Source: Fidelibacterota bacterium
Lineage (GTDB): Bacteria; Fidelibacterota; Marinisomatia; Marinisomatales; TCS56
Length of the DNA: 37,860 nucleotides
NCBI GenBank assembly: GCA_043822705.1
Contig: JBDRBK010000162.1
Location: 1 to 37,860, forward strand
Reading direction: 5' to 3'
Numbering within the stretch: position 1 is the stretch's first letter; each line of letters opens with the position of its first letter. The position numbers and the translations under genes were made by a program. Below the pieces are notes generated by a model, which was not told the origin of the DNA, made no database searches, and saw only the letters and a program-made list of their open reading frames with translations. Positions 27,199-36,308 of this stretch are shown piece after piece.

Positions 27199-27509
27199 TT
27201 AATTGGCTCCCCGGGCAACCGGATCGCACCTAAGCAATTTACCCAATTCCCCGGTGCGGTGCAGCTCGGCCATGATATCATTACCGTTGATCTGCAATTG
27301 CCGGTTCAGAACACCGTGCATCAGTGATGCTGCTCCAGTATCGTCAATTCACAAAAAACGGCCGATTCAATTTCCACTTTCAAGTGGTGCCTGTCGTAGC
27401 AGTCCGCCAGCCGGTGCTCGTCAATATCCTGCCGGCCATTAATCCTGATTTGCGCCCCCGGAAAACTGTCTTTCAGGTTTGTCAGTACCTGCTGCAGATT
27501 GTTATCCAT
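27199..27509 (-). pseudogene. Frameshifted BolA-like gene fused to the C-terminus of a monothiol glutaredoxin
   Basis: Frame 1: LKDSFPGAQI...HHLKVEIESAVFCELTILEQH (BolA-like). After a one-base slip near 27325: LMHGVLNRQLQINGNDIMAELHRTGELGKLL...AN*. Its stop abuts the msrAB ATG. Confidence 0.7.
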
Positions 27510-27890
27510 TGCTATCCTTATTAAGATGCGTTCTCAATAATATGTCGAATCATAATTAAAGGTTCCTGAAAACTGAAAAATAATTATCGTGAATAAAATA
27601 ATGGTTTTAACTTATTTTGAGTATCAGTGGCATTACTTTAGTGGGGTCAATCTTACGGACTGTCTATTCAGAACTTTCTACTAAGGTCATATTCAATCCT
27701 TTCACTCTCCTGTAATTTACCAAAAAGTATCACCTTAGCTTTTACATCACACTTGTCCGGCTGATTAATAAACTACACAATATCTGCTTATCAGTACTTG
27801 TCCGCTTACCGACCTATTCGTTCACACTTTGGAAACAACTAATGATATTTTCCATCCGATTACTGACGACTTAGTTGTATTTTCAGCGCC

Positions 27891-28850
27891 ATGAATAATC
27901 CGCCAACTTACCAATCGGTTTTAGCGGCGCTGGAGCGGGTCCGACCGGTGGTGCATAACACACCCGTACTCACCTCGCGCACGCTGAACCAACGCTGCGG
28001 CGCCGAAATCTTCCTGAAATGCGAAAATTTCCAGCGCACCGGCGCCTTCAAGCTGCGCGGCGCCTATAATGCCATTTCCCAGTTGACCGTGGCCGAAAAG
28101 GCCCGGGGCATCCTCACCTATTCTTCCGGCAATCACGCCCAGGCCGTGGCGCTGGTGGGCCGGCTGCTGAACATCGCCGCCACCGTCGTAATGCCCGCCG
28201 ATGCCCCGCGGATCAAACGGGCGGCCACAGAAGGCTACGGCGCCCGGGTGATCGAATACGATCCGCGGCAGACCACTCGCGAACAACTGGTCAAGGAAAT
28301 TCAGGCGGCCGAAGGCCAGACCGTCATACCGCCCTACGACCACCCCGAAATCGTAGCCGGTCAGGGCACCGCCGCCCTGGAACTTTTTCAGGAAATTGCC
28401 GGACTGGAACGACTGCTGGCACCCTGCGGCGGGGCCGGTCTGCTCAGCGGTTCAGCGCTGGCCGCCAAGGGCAGCAATCCACGCTGCCGGGTAATCGGCG
28501 TGGAACCGGAACTGGCCGACGACGCCACCCGTTCCTTCAAAACCGGAAAACTGCACACCGTCAAAAATCCCCCGACGATCGCCGACGGCACGCGCACCCC
28601 TTCCCTGGGAGTCGTGACATTTCCACTGGTCCTGAAATATGTGGATGAAATGGTGACGGTGACCGAGGAAGCGATCAAAGAGGCGGTGCGCTTCCTGTTT
28701 CTGCGAATGAAGCTGGTGGTGGAACCATCCGGAGCGCTGGGTGTGGCCGCCCTGCTCAGCGGCGCAGTCGGCGGCAACGCCAAAACCGGAGTGATCATCA
28801 GCGGCGGCAATATCGACCCCGTCACCATGAGCGATATTTTAAATTCCTAA
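27891..28850 (+). CDS. PLP-dependent Ser/Thr dehydratase family (threo-3-hydroxyaspartate ammonia-lyase / serine racemase-like)
   Basis: FLKCENFQRTGAFKLRGA, SSGNHAQ, AGQGT, CGGAGLLSG, VVEPSGA, ISGGN; no ACT domain. Confidence 0.92.
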   Translation: MNNPPTYQSVLAALERVRPVVHNTPVLTSRTLNQRCGAEIFLKCENFQRTGAFKLRGAYNAISQLTVAEKARGILTYSSGNHAQAVALVGRLLNIAATVVMPADAPRIKRAATEGYGARVIEYDPRQTTREQLVKEIQAAEGQTVIPPYDHPEIVAGQGTAALELFQEIAGLERLLAPCGGAGLLSGSALAAKGSNPRCRVIGVEPELADDATRSFKTGKLHTVKNPPTIADGTRTPSLGVVTFPLVLKYVDEMVTVTEEAIKEAVRFLFLRMKLVVEPSGALGVAALLSGAVGGNAKTGVIISGGNIDPVTMSDILNS

Positions 28851-28920
28851 TTCAGTATTTTAATGTGAAATTTGCAGCGCTAACGGGCGGGATATTCAAC
28901 CCTATTTAACAGGAAAATCA

Positions 28921-29829
28921 ATGCAAGTCTATTTTAACGATCGTTTTATTCCAGTCGGCGCGGCGGCGGAGCTGCCACTGGACGCCAAATATTTTGTATC
29001 CAAGGAACAGGTGCGAATCTCGCCGGATGACCGCGGTTTCACTTTCGGCGATGGCGTGTACGAGGTTCTGCGCTCCTACTCCGGGCGGCTGTTCGAATTC
29101 GACCACCACATGCTGCGGCTGCAGAACAGTCTGGTCGGAATCCGGATTGCCGGCTGGAATACGCTTAGCTTCCGGCCGATTGTGGAACGACTGCTACTGG
29201 ATAATGACCTGCTCACCGAAGATGCCAAAATTTATATTCAGGTGACCCGCGGCGATGCCCCCCGCGATCACGCCTTTCCGCCCAACGGCACACCGTTGAC
29301 GATTTTCACCACCACCAGCACCATCCCGACCGCCGCCGATTCCCTGCCGGAAGCAGCCCCGGCGGTGTTGACCGAAGATTACCGCTGGACCCGCTGCGAT
29401 ATCAAACAGATCGGCCTGCTGCCCGGCGTTCTGGCCAACCAGCGCGCGCATGAAGTTGGCGCCTTCGAGGCGCTGTTCGTCCGCGACGGCAAGATCACCG
29501 AAGGCACGCACACCAATTTCTGCGCCATCATCGACGGCACCCTCCACACCCATCCGGCCAATAACCTGGTGCTGCCCGGCATCACGCGGGCGGTGGTGCT
29601 GGACATCTGCCGGGAATTGGGGATTCCGGTTGTGGAAGAGGCCCTGGTCGCCGCTGAACTAATGCAGAAAATCGGCGATAAAAAAGCAGCGGTGGAAGCG
29701 ATGGTGCTGGGCACGATTACCGAAATCAAGCCTATCGGCCGGATCGAAGATCAACTGATCGGTGACGGCCGGCCAGGCCCCCTGACCGGGAAAATCTTCG
29801 CTGCCTTCCGGAAAAAAACGCAGTCCTGA
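28921..29829 (+). CDS. Class IV aminotransferase, D-amino-acid transaminase-like
   Basis: DRGFTFGDGVYEVLR, IYIQVTRG.APRDHAFP, RWTRCDIK, ITEGTHTN, LPGITR. Confidence 0.9.
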   Translation: MQVYFNDRFIPVGAAAELPLDAKYFVSKEQVRISPDDRGFTFGDGVYEVLRSYSGRLFEFDHHMLRLQNSLVGIRIAGWNTLSFRPIVERLLLDNDLLTEDAKIYIQVTRGDAPRDHAFPPNGTPLTIFTTTSTIPTAADSLPEAAPAVLTEDYRWTRCDIKQIGLLPGVLANQRAHEVGAFEALFVRDGKITEGTHTNFCAIIDGTLHTHPANNLVLPGITRAVVLDICRELGIPVVEEALVAAELMQKIGDKKAAVEAMVLGTITEIKPIGRIEDQLIGDGRPGPLTGKIFAAFRKKTQS

Positions 29830-29869
29830 GGCGGTTTCCGGACAACAACCAAAACCAGGAACATATCGT

Positions 29870-30418
29870 ATGCGATCTGAAAAACACTGCCGGTTGAGCG
29901 GCCGCACTTTTCTGGTCCTGTTGTCCGTGACGCTGCTGCTGGTCCTGTCCATGAACCTGATCAACGCCCACCTCCAGACAACGGCGGCCCCGGGCGGCAT
30001 CGTCACCCTGGAATTCGCCGGTGACCTGGCGACGGTCAAGACCATCCTGCATTCCTGGCAGGATGACATGTTTTTCGCCGGATTGAGCCTCGGACTGGAT
30101 TTTCTGTTCCTGCTGGCCTATTCCATTACAATAGCCGTTGGCTGTTTGCTGCTGGCCGACAGACTGGAAAAGCGTCAATCGCTCGCGGCGCGAATCGGGC
30201 GCTGGCTGGCCGGCGGACAATTGCTGGCGGCCGGTCTGGATACAATCGAAAATCTGGCGCTGGTCCGGTTACTGGCCGGCAGCGAAGCGGCATTTCTGCC
30301 CCGTCTGGCAGCCTGGTGCGCCGCTCCCAAATTCCTGCTGGTCGGCCTGGGACTGGCCTACCTGCTAGCGGCCGTGCTGCTGCTACAGTTACGCCGGAAG
30401 CACCCGGTCGCAGCCTGA
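29870..30418 (+). CDS. Hypothetical membrane protein (about 4 TM)
   Basis: GIVTLEFAG, LDFLFLLAY, AAGLDTIEN, PKFLL; AGGA RBS. Confidence 0.8.
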   Translation: MRSEKHCRLSGRTFLVLLSVTLLLVLSMNLINAHLQTTAAPGGIVTLEFAGDLATVKTILHSWQDDMFFAGLSLGLDFLFLLAYSITIAVGCLLLADRLEKRQSLAARIGRWLAGGQLLAAGLDTIENLALVRLLAGSEAAFLPRLAAWCAAPKFLLVGLGLAYLLAAVLLLQLRRKHPVAA

Positions 30419-30490
30419 TTTCGAGCGCTAATTTTTATTTCCATTTATCGGCCGGCATTTGTAATCTGTAATCAGCATAAGGAGGATCGG

Positions 30491-31024
30491 ATGAAATCAA
30501 CCGGACGGGGGTCCAACGCCCTGGCACTGATACTGATAACCATCGGAATTCTATTTTTAGTGATGAATTTCCTGCCCGAGGCCGTATTTCACGATGCCTG
30601 GTGGCTGATTTTCATCCTGCTGGCCGCCGGCTTCTACCTGCCGGCCCTGGTCTGGCCGAAAGCCCGCCGCGAACTGGCCGCCCTGCTGATACCGGGCACG
30701 ATCCTGGCTGTCTTGGGACTGATTTTTATGTACTGCACCAGCAGCGGAAATTGGGAAGACTGGGATTTCCTGTGGACGCTGATCCCCGGATCGGTCGGTC
30801 TGGGCCTGTACCTGTCGGCCCGGGTTGGCCGCTGGGATGATGGCGCCGCCCGCGTCGGTCTGTGGCTATTGGCACTGAGTCTGACAGCCTTCCTCTTCTT
30901 CGCCGGCCGGCTGGTAAAGACCGTCGGTGCGGTCGTGTTGATACTGATCGGATTACGGATGCTGACCGATCGGAAAAAAAATGAACCCGAACCATCCGGG
31001 GATGAACCGGAAGCGGTGGAATAA
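30491..31024 (+). CDS. Hypothetical multi-pass membrane protein (LiaF-TM/DUF5668-like)
   Basis: ALILITIGILFLVMNF, LLIPGTIL, AVVLILIGL; AAGGAGG RBS. Confidence 0.8.
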   Translation: MKSTGRGSNALALILITIGILFLVMNFLPEAVFHDAWWLIFILLAAGFYLPALVWPKARRELAALLIPGTILAVLGLIFMYCTSSGNWEDWDFLWTLIPGSVGLGLYLSARVGRWDDGAARVGLWLLALSLTAFLFFAGRLVKTVGAVVLILIGLRMLTDRKKNEPEPSGDEPEAVE

Positions 31025-31108
31025 AGCGGTTCGAAGCGCTGCCCGACCGGATGATTTCAGGATATTGAAACCCGGCCGGGTAACGCAAATCGCCAATCCA
31101 GGAAATTA

Positions 31109-31672
31109 ATGATGAAAACTTTGATTCTGATCCTGACCGGCCTGCTGCTCTGGGGCTGCGCCGGGACTAAAATCGCCGATGGCATCAGCCCTGCTTACTA
31201 CCCGGATGGTGCTCTAAAATCAGAGGCCAATTATCTCAACGGCCGACTCGAGGGAATCACCAAAGAGTACTATGAAAACGGGCGATTGAAAACGGAAACT
31301 ACCTATTCCCGTGGTATTCAAAGCGGTGTGATGCGCCAGTATTTCAACGACCAGCAGAACAGTCCGCAGCTGGAGCAGTATTATCTGAATGGCTTGAAAC
31401 ACGGACCGGGGATCGAGTTCTACCCCAACGGTCAGCGTAAATGGGAAGGCAGCTATATCGAGGACAAGTTGGATGGACTGATCGTTTCTTATTTTGAAAA
31501 CGGCCGTAAAAAGGACGAGTTGAACTATCTGAAAGGTCAGAAACACGAGATCGTCCGAAGTTATTACGATAATGGCCGGATCAAGACCGAAGAATACTGG
31601 TCCAATAACCAGCGCAAAAAAATCAAAATGTTCAATCCCGACGGTTCGATCCGTCATACCCAGGAGTTTTAA
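31109..31672 (+). CDS. MORN-variant repeat lipoprotein (YwqK-like)
   Basis: LWG-C lipobox; repeats YYPDGALKSE, YYENGRLKTE, FYPNGQRKWE, YFENGRKKDE, YYDNGRIKTE. Confidence 0.9.
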   Translation: MMKTLILILTGLLLWGCAGTKIADGISPAYYPDGALKSEANYLNGRLEGITKEYYENGRLKTETTYSRGIQSGVMRQYFNDQQNSPQLEQYYLNGLKHGPGIEFYPNGQRKWEGSYIEDKLDGLIVSYFENGRKKDELNYLKGQKHEIVRSYYDNGRIKTEEYWSNNQRKKIKMFNPDGSIRHTQEF

Positions 31673-31727
31673 TCAGTCAGCCCCGCGAAACCAGGCAGGC
31701 TGATGCATAGTAAACAGCGAGTGCACC

Positions 31728-32117
31728 ATGAATCAATATATTTCCGTCTCCTCCCGGTCGCCCTATGAAATCCAGATCGGGTTTTCCCGGGCGGTCCGCC
31801 GCGGCCCGATAATCGCCGTATCCGGCACCGCGCCGATCCTGCCGGACGGCTCCACCGCCTATCCCGGCGATACTTACCAGCAAACCAGGTACTGCCTGGA
31901 AATCGTCCGAAAAGCCATCGAAGAAGCAGGCGGGAAATTCGAAAATGTCTATCGCACGCGGATCATGCTGAAAGATATTAACCAGTGGGAATTTGCCGGA
32001 AAGGCCCACGGGGAGATATTCTCGCAGATCAAGCCGGCCTCGACCTTCGTGGAGGTGAAAGGCTTCGTTCGCACGGACTGGCTGGTGGAAGTCGAAGCCG
32101 ATTGCTACGTCGGCTGA
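31728..32117 (+). CDS. Rid (YjgF/YER057c/UK114) family protein
   Basis: IGFSRAVR, VSGTAP, VYRTRI, KPASTFVEV, LVEVEAD. Confidence 0.92.
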   Translation: MNQYISVSSRSPYEIQIGFSRAVRRGPIIAVSGTAPILPDGSTAYPGDTYQQTRYCLEIVRKAIEEAGGKFENVYRTRIMLKDINQWEFAGKAHGEIFSQIKPASTFVEVKGFVRTDWLVEVEADCYVG

Positions 32118-32123
32118 TACCGC

Positions 32124-32483
32124 ATGACCGAACTTTCGGCCCTGCAGGACTACCTGTTATCCAAACCGGCCACCAGCCACGATCAGCCCTTCGGGCCCGA
32201 TGTGCTGGTCTTCCGGGTCGGCGGTAAAATATACGCCCTGGTGGCCTGGGAAAAACGGCCCTTGGAGGTTTCCCTGAAATGCGATCCCGACAATGCGCTC
32301 TTTCTGCGGTCACTCTATCCGACGGTCCGGCCAGGTTACCATCTGAACAAAAAACACTGGAATACGATCACGCTGGACGGCGGAATACCAGCGGGGGAAA
32401 TCCGAAAGATGATTGATGAATCCTACGATCTTATATTTTCGTCCCTGCACCGGGTCGATCGCGAACGGATCACCGGCTCCTGA
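32124..32483 (+). CDS. MmcQ/YjbR family DNA-binding protein
   Basis: PFGPDVLVFRVGGKIYA, LKCDPD, PGYHLNKKHWNTI, IDESYDL. Confidence 0.95.
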   Translation: MTELSALQDYLLSKPATSHDQPFGPDVLVFRVGGKIYALVAWEKRPLEVSLKCDPDNALFLRSLYPTVRPGYHLNKKHWNTITLDGGIPAGEIRKMIDESYDLIFSSLHRVDRERITGS

Positions 32484-32489
32484 CGCCGG

Positions 32490-34625
32490 CTACTGCCGGT
32501 GCAGGCGGCAGCGATTGGAAGGTTCCGTCCCGCGAATGAAAATTTCTTTCTGGATCGGACAGAATCTGGTCGGCTGATCCTTGGTGACCGCACAAACCTC
32601 ATAATCGATAATACCTTCCGGCCGTTCAAACTTTTCCCTGGTCAACTCACTCTTCAGTGAATCATAGGCGGTCCGCATAAAGCGCGCCCAGGTCGGCATG
32701 GCGGCCTTGCTGCCATCCTGGCCTTCCCCCAGACTGACCTGGGGATCGTCGACGCCGAACCAGACGCCGGCCACCAGTTGCGGAGTGAAGCCCAGGAACC
32801 AGGCATCGGTCCAGCCTTGGGTCGTGCCGGTCTTGCCGGCCGCCGGCGCATAGAAATGATGTCCCCAGCGGGCGCGGGCGCCGGTTCCGCTGTCCACCAC
32901 CGTCTGCATCAGACTGGTCATTAGGTAGGCTGTTTCGGCACTGAGGACCTCCTCCTGCTGCGGGCGGTATTCCTTGAGGGTGTTGCCGTAGCGGTCGACG
33001 ATCCTGGTGATCGGGAAGGGCATGGAATGGATACCCTTGTTGGCCAGGGTGGCATAAGCGGCGGCGGCTTCTATCAGATAGACCTCCGATGTCCCCAGCG
33101 CAATCGCGTCCACCGCCCGGATCGGTGTGGTCAGACCCAGCCGCCGGGCGGTCCGCGCCACTTCCACCGGCGGCGCCAGTTCCTGTACGATCCGCACCGC
33201 GATCAGATTCATCGACCAGCGCAGGCCTTCCCGCAGGGTGGTCTCGCCACCGGTGCTGCCATCATAATTCCGCGGCGACCATTTTTCCCAGACCCCATCA
33301 GAATTCTGCACATTCAATACCACCGGCTGATTCAACAGGGTCGTGGTAACCGGATAGCCATTATCAAGCGCGGTGATATAAATAAACGGTTTGAAGACCG
33401 AGCCGGGCTGCCGCGACGACTGTGCCGCGCGATTGTACTGGTCGGGATAATCAGGCCGGCCACCGATCATAGCCTTGATCGCGCCGGTTCTGGGATCCAT
33501 GGCAATGAAAGAACACTGCACCAGCAGTTTGTTGCGCAGGTCGGTATACATGGGCAACTCGCCGCGCATCATCATCTTGACCGAATCTTCCGGATAGATC
33601 GCCAGGTAAGCCAGCCGGGAGAATTCTTCTTCATCGTTAAACAGGCGCTGATTAAGTATTTTCTGGTTTTCATTCAGGGCGATGGTGATCATCGATTCGG
33701 CGATATCCTGCAGACGGTTATCGAGCGTGGTGTAAATCTTCAGGCCATCGCGATAAATATCAATGCCCAGCGCCTCGTCTTCCTGCTCGAGTATCCGGCG
33801 GACGTATTCGGTGAAATAGGGCGCCAGACCGAGGTTCTGTTCCGGCGTGACGCTGTTCAGCGACCGGGCCCGGGCTTCGGCATATTGATCCGGGGTAATC
33901 CGGCCCTGCTCGCGCATCAGCCGCAGGACCGTATTGCGCCGGGTGCGGGCGCGTTCGGGATTCTTGATCGGCGAATAATTGCCCGGTGACGGCAATATGC
34001 CCACCAGCAGGGCTGATTCGTCCAGGGTCAGGTCGGCGGCATCCTTGCTGAAATAGCGTTTAGCGGCTGCCTGCACGCCCCAAGTACCGTGTCCAAAATG
34101 AACGCTGTTCAAATACATTTCCAGGATTTCGTCTTTGGTATAGGTCCGTTCGATCTGGATCGCGGTAATGCCCTCTTTGATCTTGCGGATCAGGGTTTTC
34201 TTGAAGCCGATCGTGTCGTAAAGGTTGCGGGCCAATTGCTGGGAAATTGAACTGAAGCCGCTGCTGTAACGCATGGAAACCATATTCATGATAACGGCGC
34301 GGGCGAAATCCCGCATCGACACACCCCAGTGCGAGTCGAAGCGCTTGTCTTCGGAAGCAATCGTAGCCTCGCGCATGTGCCGGGGTATATTCTCCAGCTC
34401 GACGAAAACCCGTTTTTCATAAAACAATTCATCGAGGATAACGCCGTCGGCGGAATAGATTCTGGTGACCAGGTCGGGATCGTAATTTTCCAGTTGGTCC
34501 AGCGACGGCAGATCGCGGGCCAGAAACAGGATATAACCAAACAGTCCCGCCGCCAGGATCAGCAGGATCACCAGCGAATGCCAGACCGCCCGTCGCCAAG
34601 ATACCGGTTTGAAACGATTACCCAT
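32490..34625 (-). CDS. Class A penicillin-binding protein (PBP1A family)
   Basis: TM anchor; glycosyltransferase EDKRF, SSISQQLARN, RKIKE, KDEILEMYLN; transpeptidase GSVFK, SMN, KTGT. Confidence 0.96.
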   Translation of the reverse strand: MGNRFKPVSWRRAVWHSLVILLILAAGLFGYILFLARDLPSLDQLENYDPDLVTRIYSADGVILDELFYEKRVFVELENIPRHMREATIASEDKRFDSHWGVSMRDFARAVIMNMVSMRYSSGFSSISQQLARNLYDTIGFKKTLIRKIKEGITAIQIERTYTKDEILEMYLNSVHFGHGTWGVQAAAKRYFSKDAADLTLDESALLVGILPSPGNYSPIKNPERARTRRNTVLRLMREQGRITPDQYAEARARSLNSVTPEQNLGLAPYFTEYVRRILEQEDEALGIDIYRDGLKIYTTLDNRLQDIAESMITIALNENQKILNQRLFNDEEEFSRLAYLAIYPEDSVKMMMRGELPMYTDLRNKLLVQCSFIAMDPRTGAIKAMIGGRPDYPDQYNRAAQSSRQPGSVFKPFIYITALDNGYPVTTTLLNQPVVLNVQNSDGVWEKWSPRNYDGSTGGETTLREGLRWSMNLIAVRIVQELAPPVEVARTARRLGLTTPIRAVDAIALGTSEVYLIEAAAAYATLANKGIHSMPFPITRIVDRYGNTLKEYRPQQEEVLSAETAYLMTSLMQTVVDSGTGARARWGHHFYAPAAGKTGTTQGWTDAWFLGFTPQLVAGVWFGVDDPQVSLGEGQDGSKAAMPTWARFMRTAYDSLKSELTREKFERPEGIIDYEVCAVTKDQPTRFCPIQKEIFIRGTEPSNRCRLHRQ

Positions 34626-34832
34626 GGCAAAATTTAAGCAAAGATGGTGGTGTAAAGTAAACCCATGAATAGCATTAACTTCCCGGAAAGGTTAATGATC
34701 CCGGCAACCCTGGCGCGGCGGGGTACGGGAGCATTACCTGGTGCGCCGGACTTTTCCTTTCAAAATGACCGGATAACTCTGTAAAATCGCCCTACCGGTA
34801 ATTTGAAACGGGGAATGAACTACAGGCTAGAA

Positions 34833-35279
34833 ATGAAAAATCAAAACCCGATCATCGACAAACTGCTTGCGCCCTGTGGAATCAATTGCGCCCTGTGCAG
34901 CCGGTATCTGGCGGGCGTGCATAATCTGAAGCGTAGTCATTGCAGCGGTTGCCGGTCCAGAAATCAGCGTTGTACTTATTTATTTGCTAAATGCAGCGGA
35001 TTAAATCATGCGGTCCTGCCCGGTCAGGCTGATTTCTGTTTTGAATGTGATCAGTATCCCTGCAAGCAAATCGACCGGATCGAAAAAAGGTATACCACCT
35101 ATTATAACGTGAGTGTGAAGGATAATCTGGCTGTTATCAAAAATAAAGGGATTGACTCATTTATCGACGAGCAGTACCGGATATATCATTGCCCGAAGTG
35201 CAGCGGATTAATTTCGATGCATAACCGGAAATGCTTTCATTGCGACACCATATCAAGGTTGGTTGATAAAGAAAAGTAA
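34833..35279 (+). CDS. DUF3795-type Cys-rich protein
   Basis: LAPCGINCALC, CSGCR, FCFECDQYPC, CPKC...CFHC. Start uncertain (34803 TTG, 34815 or 34833 ATG). Confidence 0.85.
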   Translation: MKNQNPIIDKLLAPCGINCALCSRYLAGVHNLKRSHCSGCRSRNQRCTYLFAKCSGLNHAVLPGQADFCFECDQYPCKQIDRIEKRYTTYYNVSVKDNLAVIKNKGIDSFIDEQYRIYHCPKCSGLISMHNRKCFHCDTISRLVDKEK

Positions 35280-35472
35280 TTCGCGGCGGGGCTGGGGACT
35301 ATTCCTTTAAATTTCAGCGGATTTTTCCGTAAAATTCACTAAGCTAGTAAACAGGTAATAACGGGGCTTCTATATTGTGATTTGTGGGTTTTGCGAGTGC
35401 TAAACGTCCACTCAGCCCGACATTACACATAACCAATTGCTATAAATTGTAACCAAATCAGGATAACACATA

Positions 35473-36042
35473 ATGACAATGGGAAATAAAAAGGAGTTGT
35501 CACCAGAACAACGTGAAGAACTAATCAGAACATTAAAAGCCCGTTTTGAGAAAAACATGAACCGACATAAAGGTCTTGAATGGACTAAACTGCATGCAAA
35601 GCTGGAAGCCAATACTGAAAAACTATGGTCGCTCAATGAAATGGAAAGAACCGGCGGTGAACCAGATGTTGTCGGTCATGTTAAAAAGACGGGCGAATTC
35701 ATTTTTTATGATTGTTCGGTGGAAAGCCCTAAAGGCCGCAGAAGTGTTTGTTACGACCGTGAAGGTCAGGAATCAAGGAAAGACTATCAGCCAGAAAATA
35801 ACGCTGTTGATATGGCTGCTGCCATGGGCATTGAACTCTTAACGGAAGAACAATATCGAGTGTTGCAGAAACTTGGAAATTTCGATACGAAAACCTCGAG
35901 CTGGGTGAAAACACCTTCTGAGATCAGGAAACTTGGCGGTGCCATCTTTGCTGATTTCCGCTACGGCACGGTCTTTGTGTATCATAACAGTGCACCCTCT
36001 TACTATGGTGCCAGGGCGTTCCGCGGCTCGCTAAGGATCTAA
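35473..36042 (+). CDS. DUF4256 domain protein
   Basis: LKARFEKNMNRH, MERTGGEPDVV, ESPKGRRSVCYD, FDTKTSSWVKTP, RAFRGSLRI; more AT-rich than neighbours. Confidence 0.88.
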   Translation: MTMGNKKELSPEQREELIRTLKARFEKNMNRHKGLEWTKLHAKLEANTEKLWSLNEMERTGGEPDVVGHVKKTGEFIFYDCSVESPKGRRSVCYDREGQESRKDYQPENNAVDMAAAMGIELLTEEQYRVLQKLGNFDTKTSSWVKTPSEIRKLGGAIFADFRYGTVFVYHNSAPSYYGARAFRGSLRI

Positions 36043-36271
36043 ATTTTATGCAGACAGCTAAATTTGAAAACGGATCACCTGAGAAAGAATTTGCCGAAAG
36101 AATTGAAAGGCGGGACGAATGATTAACCAAAGCCCGGCTGCCAAAACATTGCATAGTGTATGCGGGTTTCAGTGGTTAGGCGAGGTTTGTAGCTCATAAA
36201 ATTAATCGGTGTAAATTGATAGGAAATTGCCACCCACCAACCGGTGAATGGTATCCATATAAAAATAATTC

Positions 36272-36299
36272 GTAGGGACAACTCATGAGTTGTCCCTAC
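36272..36299. repeat. GTAG-type REP-like perfect palindrome, copy 2 (may also terminate transcription)
   Basis: GTAGGGACAACTCA-TGAGTTGTCCCTAC, a perfect 28-bp palindrome between convergent genes; outer 10 bp identical to 1997-2024. Confidence 0.88.
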
Positions 36300-36308
36300 T
36301 ACAATAAA

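Noticed and set aside
27321..27323. Selenocysteine or readthrough at the TGA of the BolA-like ORF
   Set aside because: In-frame readthrough meets another TGA after four codons; similarity continues only in the shifted frame.
27510..27890. AT-rich divergent intergenic region as hidden gene or ncRNA
   Set aside because: No ORF of useful length and only a short repeat (ACTTGTCCG twice); consistent with divergent promoters.
31109..31672. YwqJK-type toxin-antitoxin pair
   Set aside because: Only a MORN-repeat lipoprotein is present, with no adjacent toxin-like gene.
31728..32117. RidA detoxifying 2-aminoacrylate from the nearby dehydratase
   Set aside because: The sequence has PAST where active RidA has the catalytic Arg (PAR), as in subfamilies lacking that deaminase activity.
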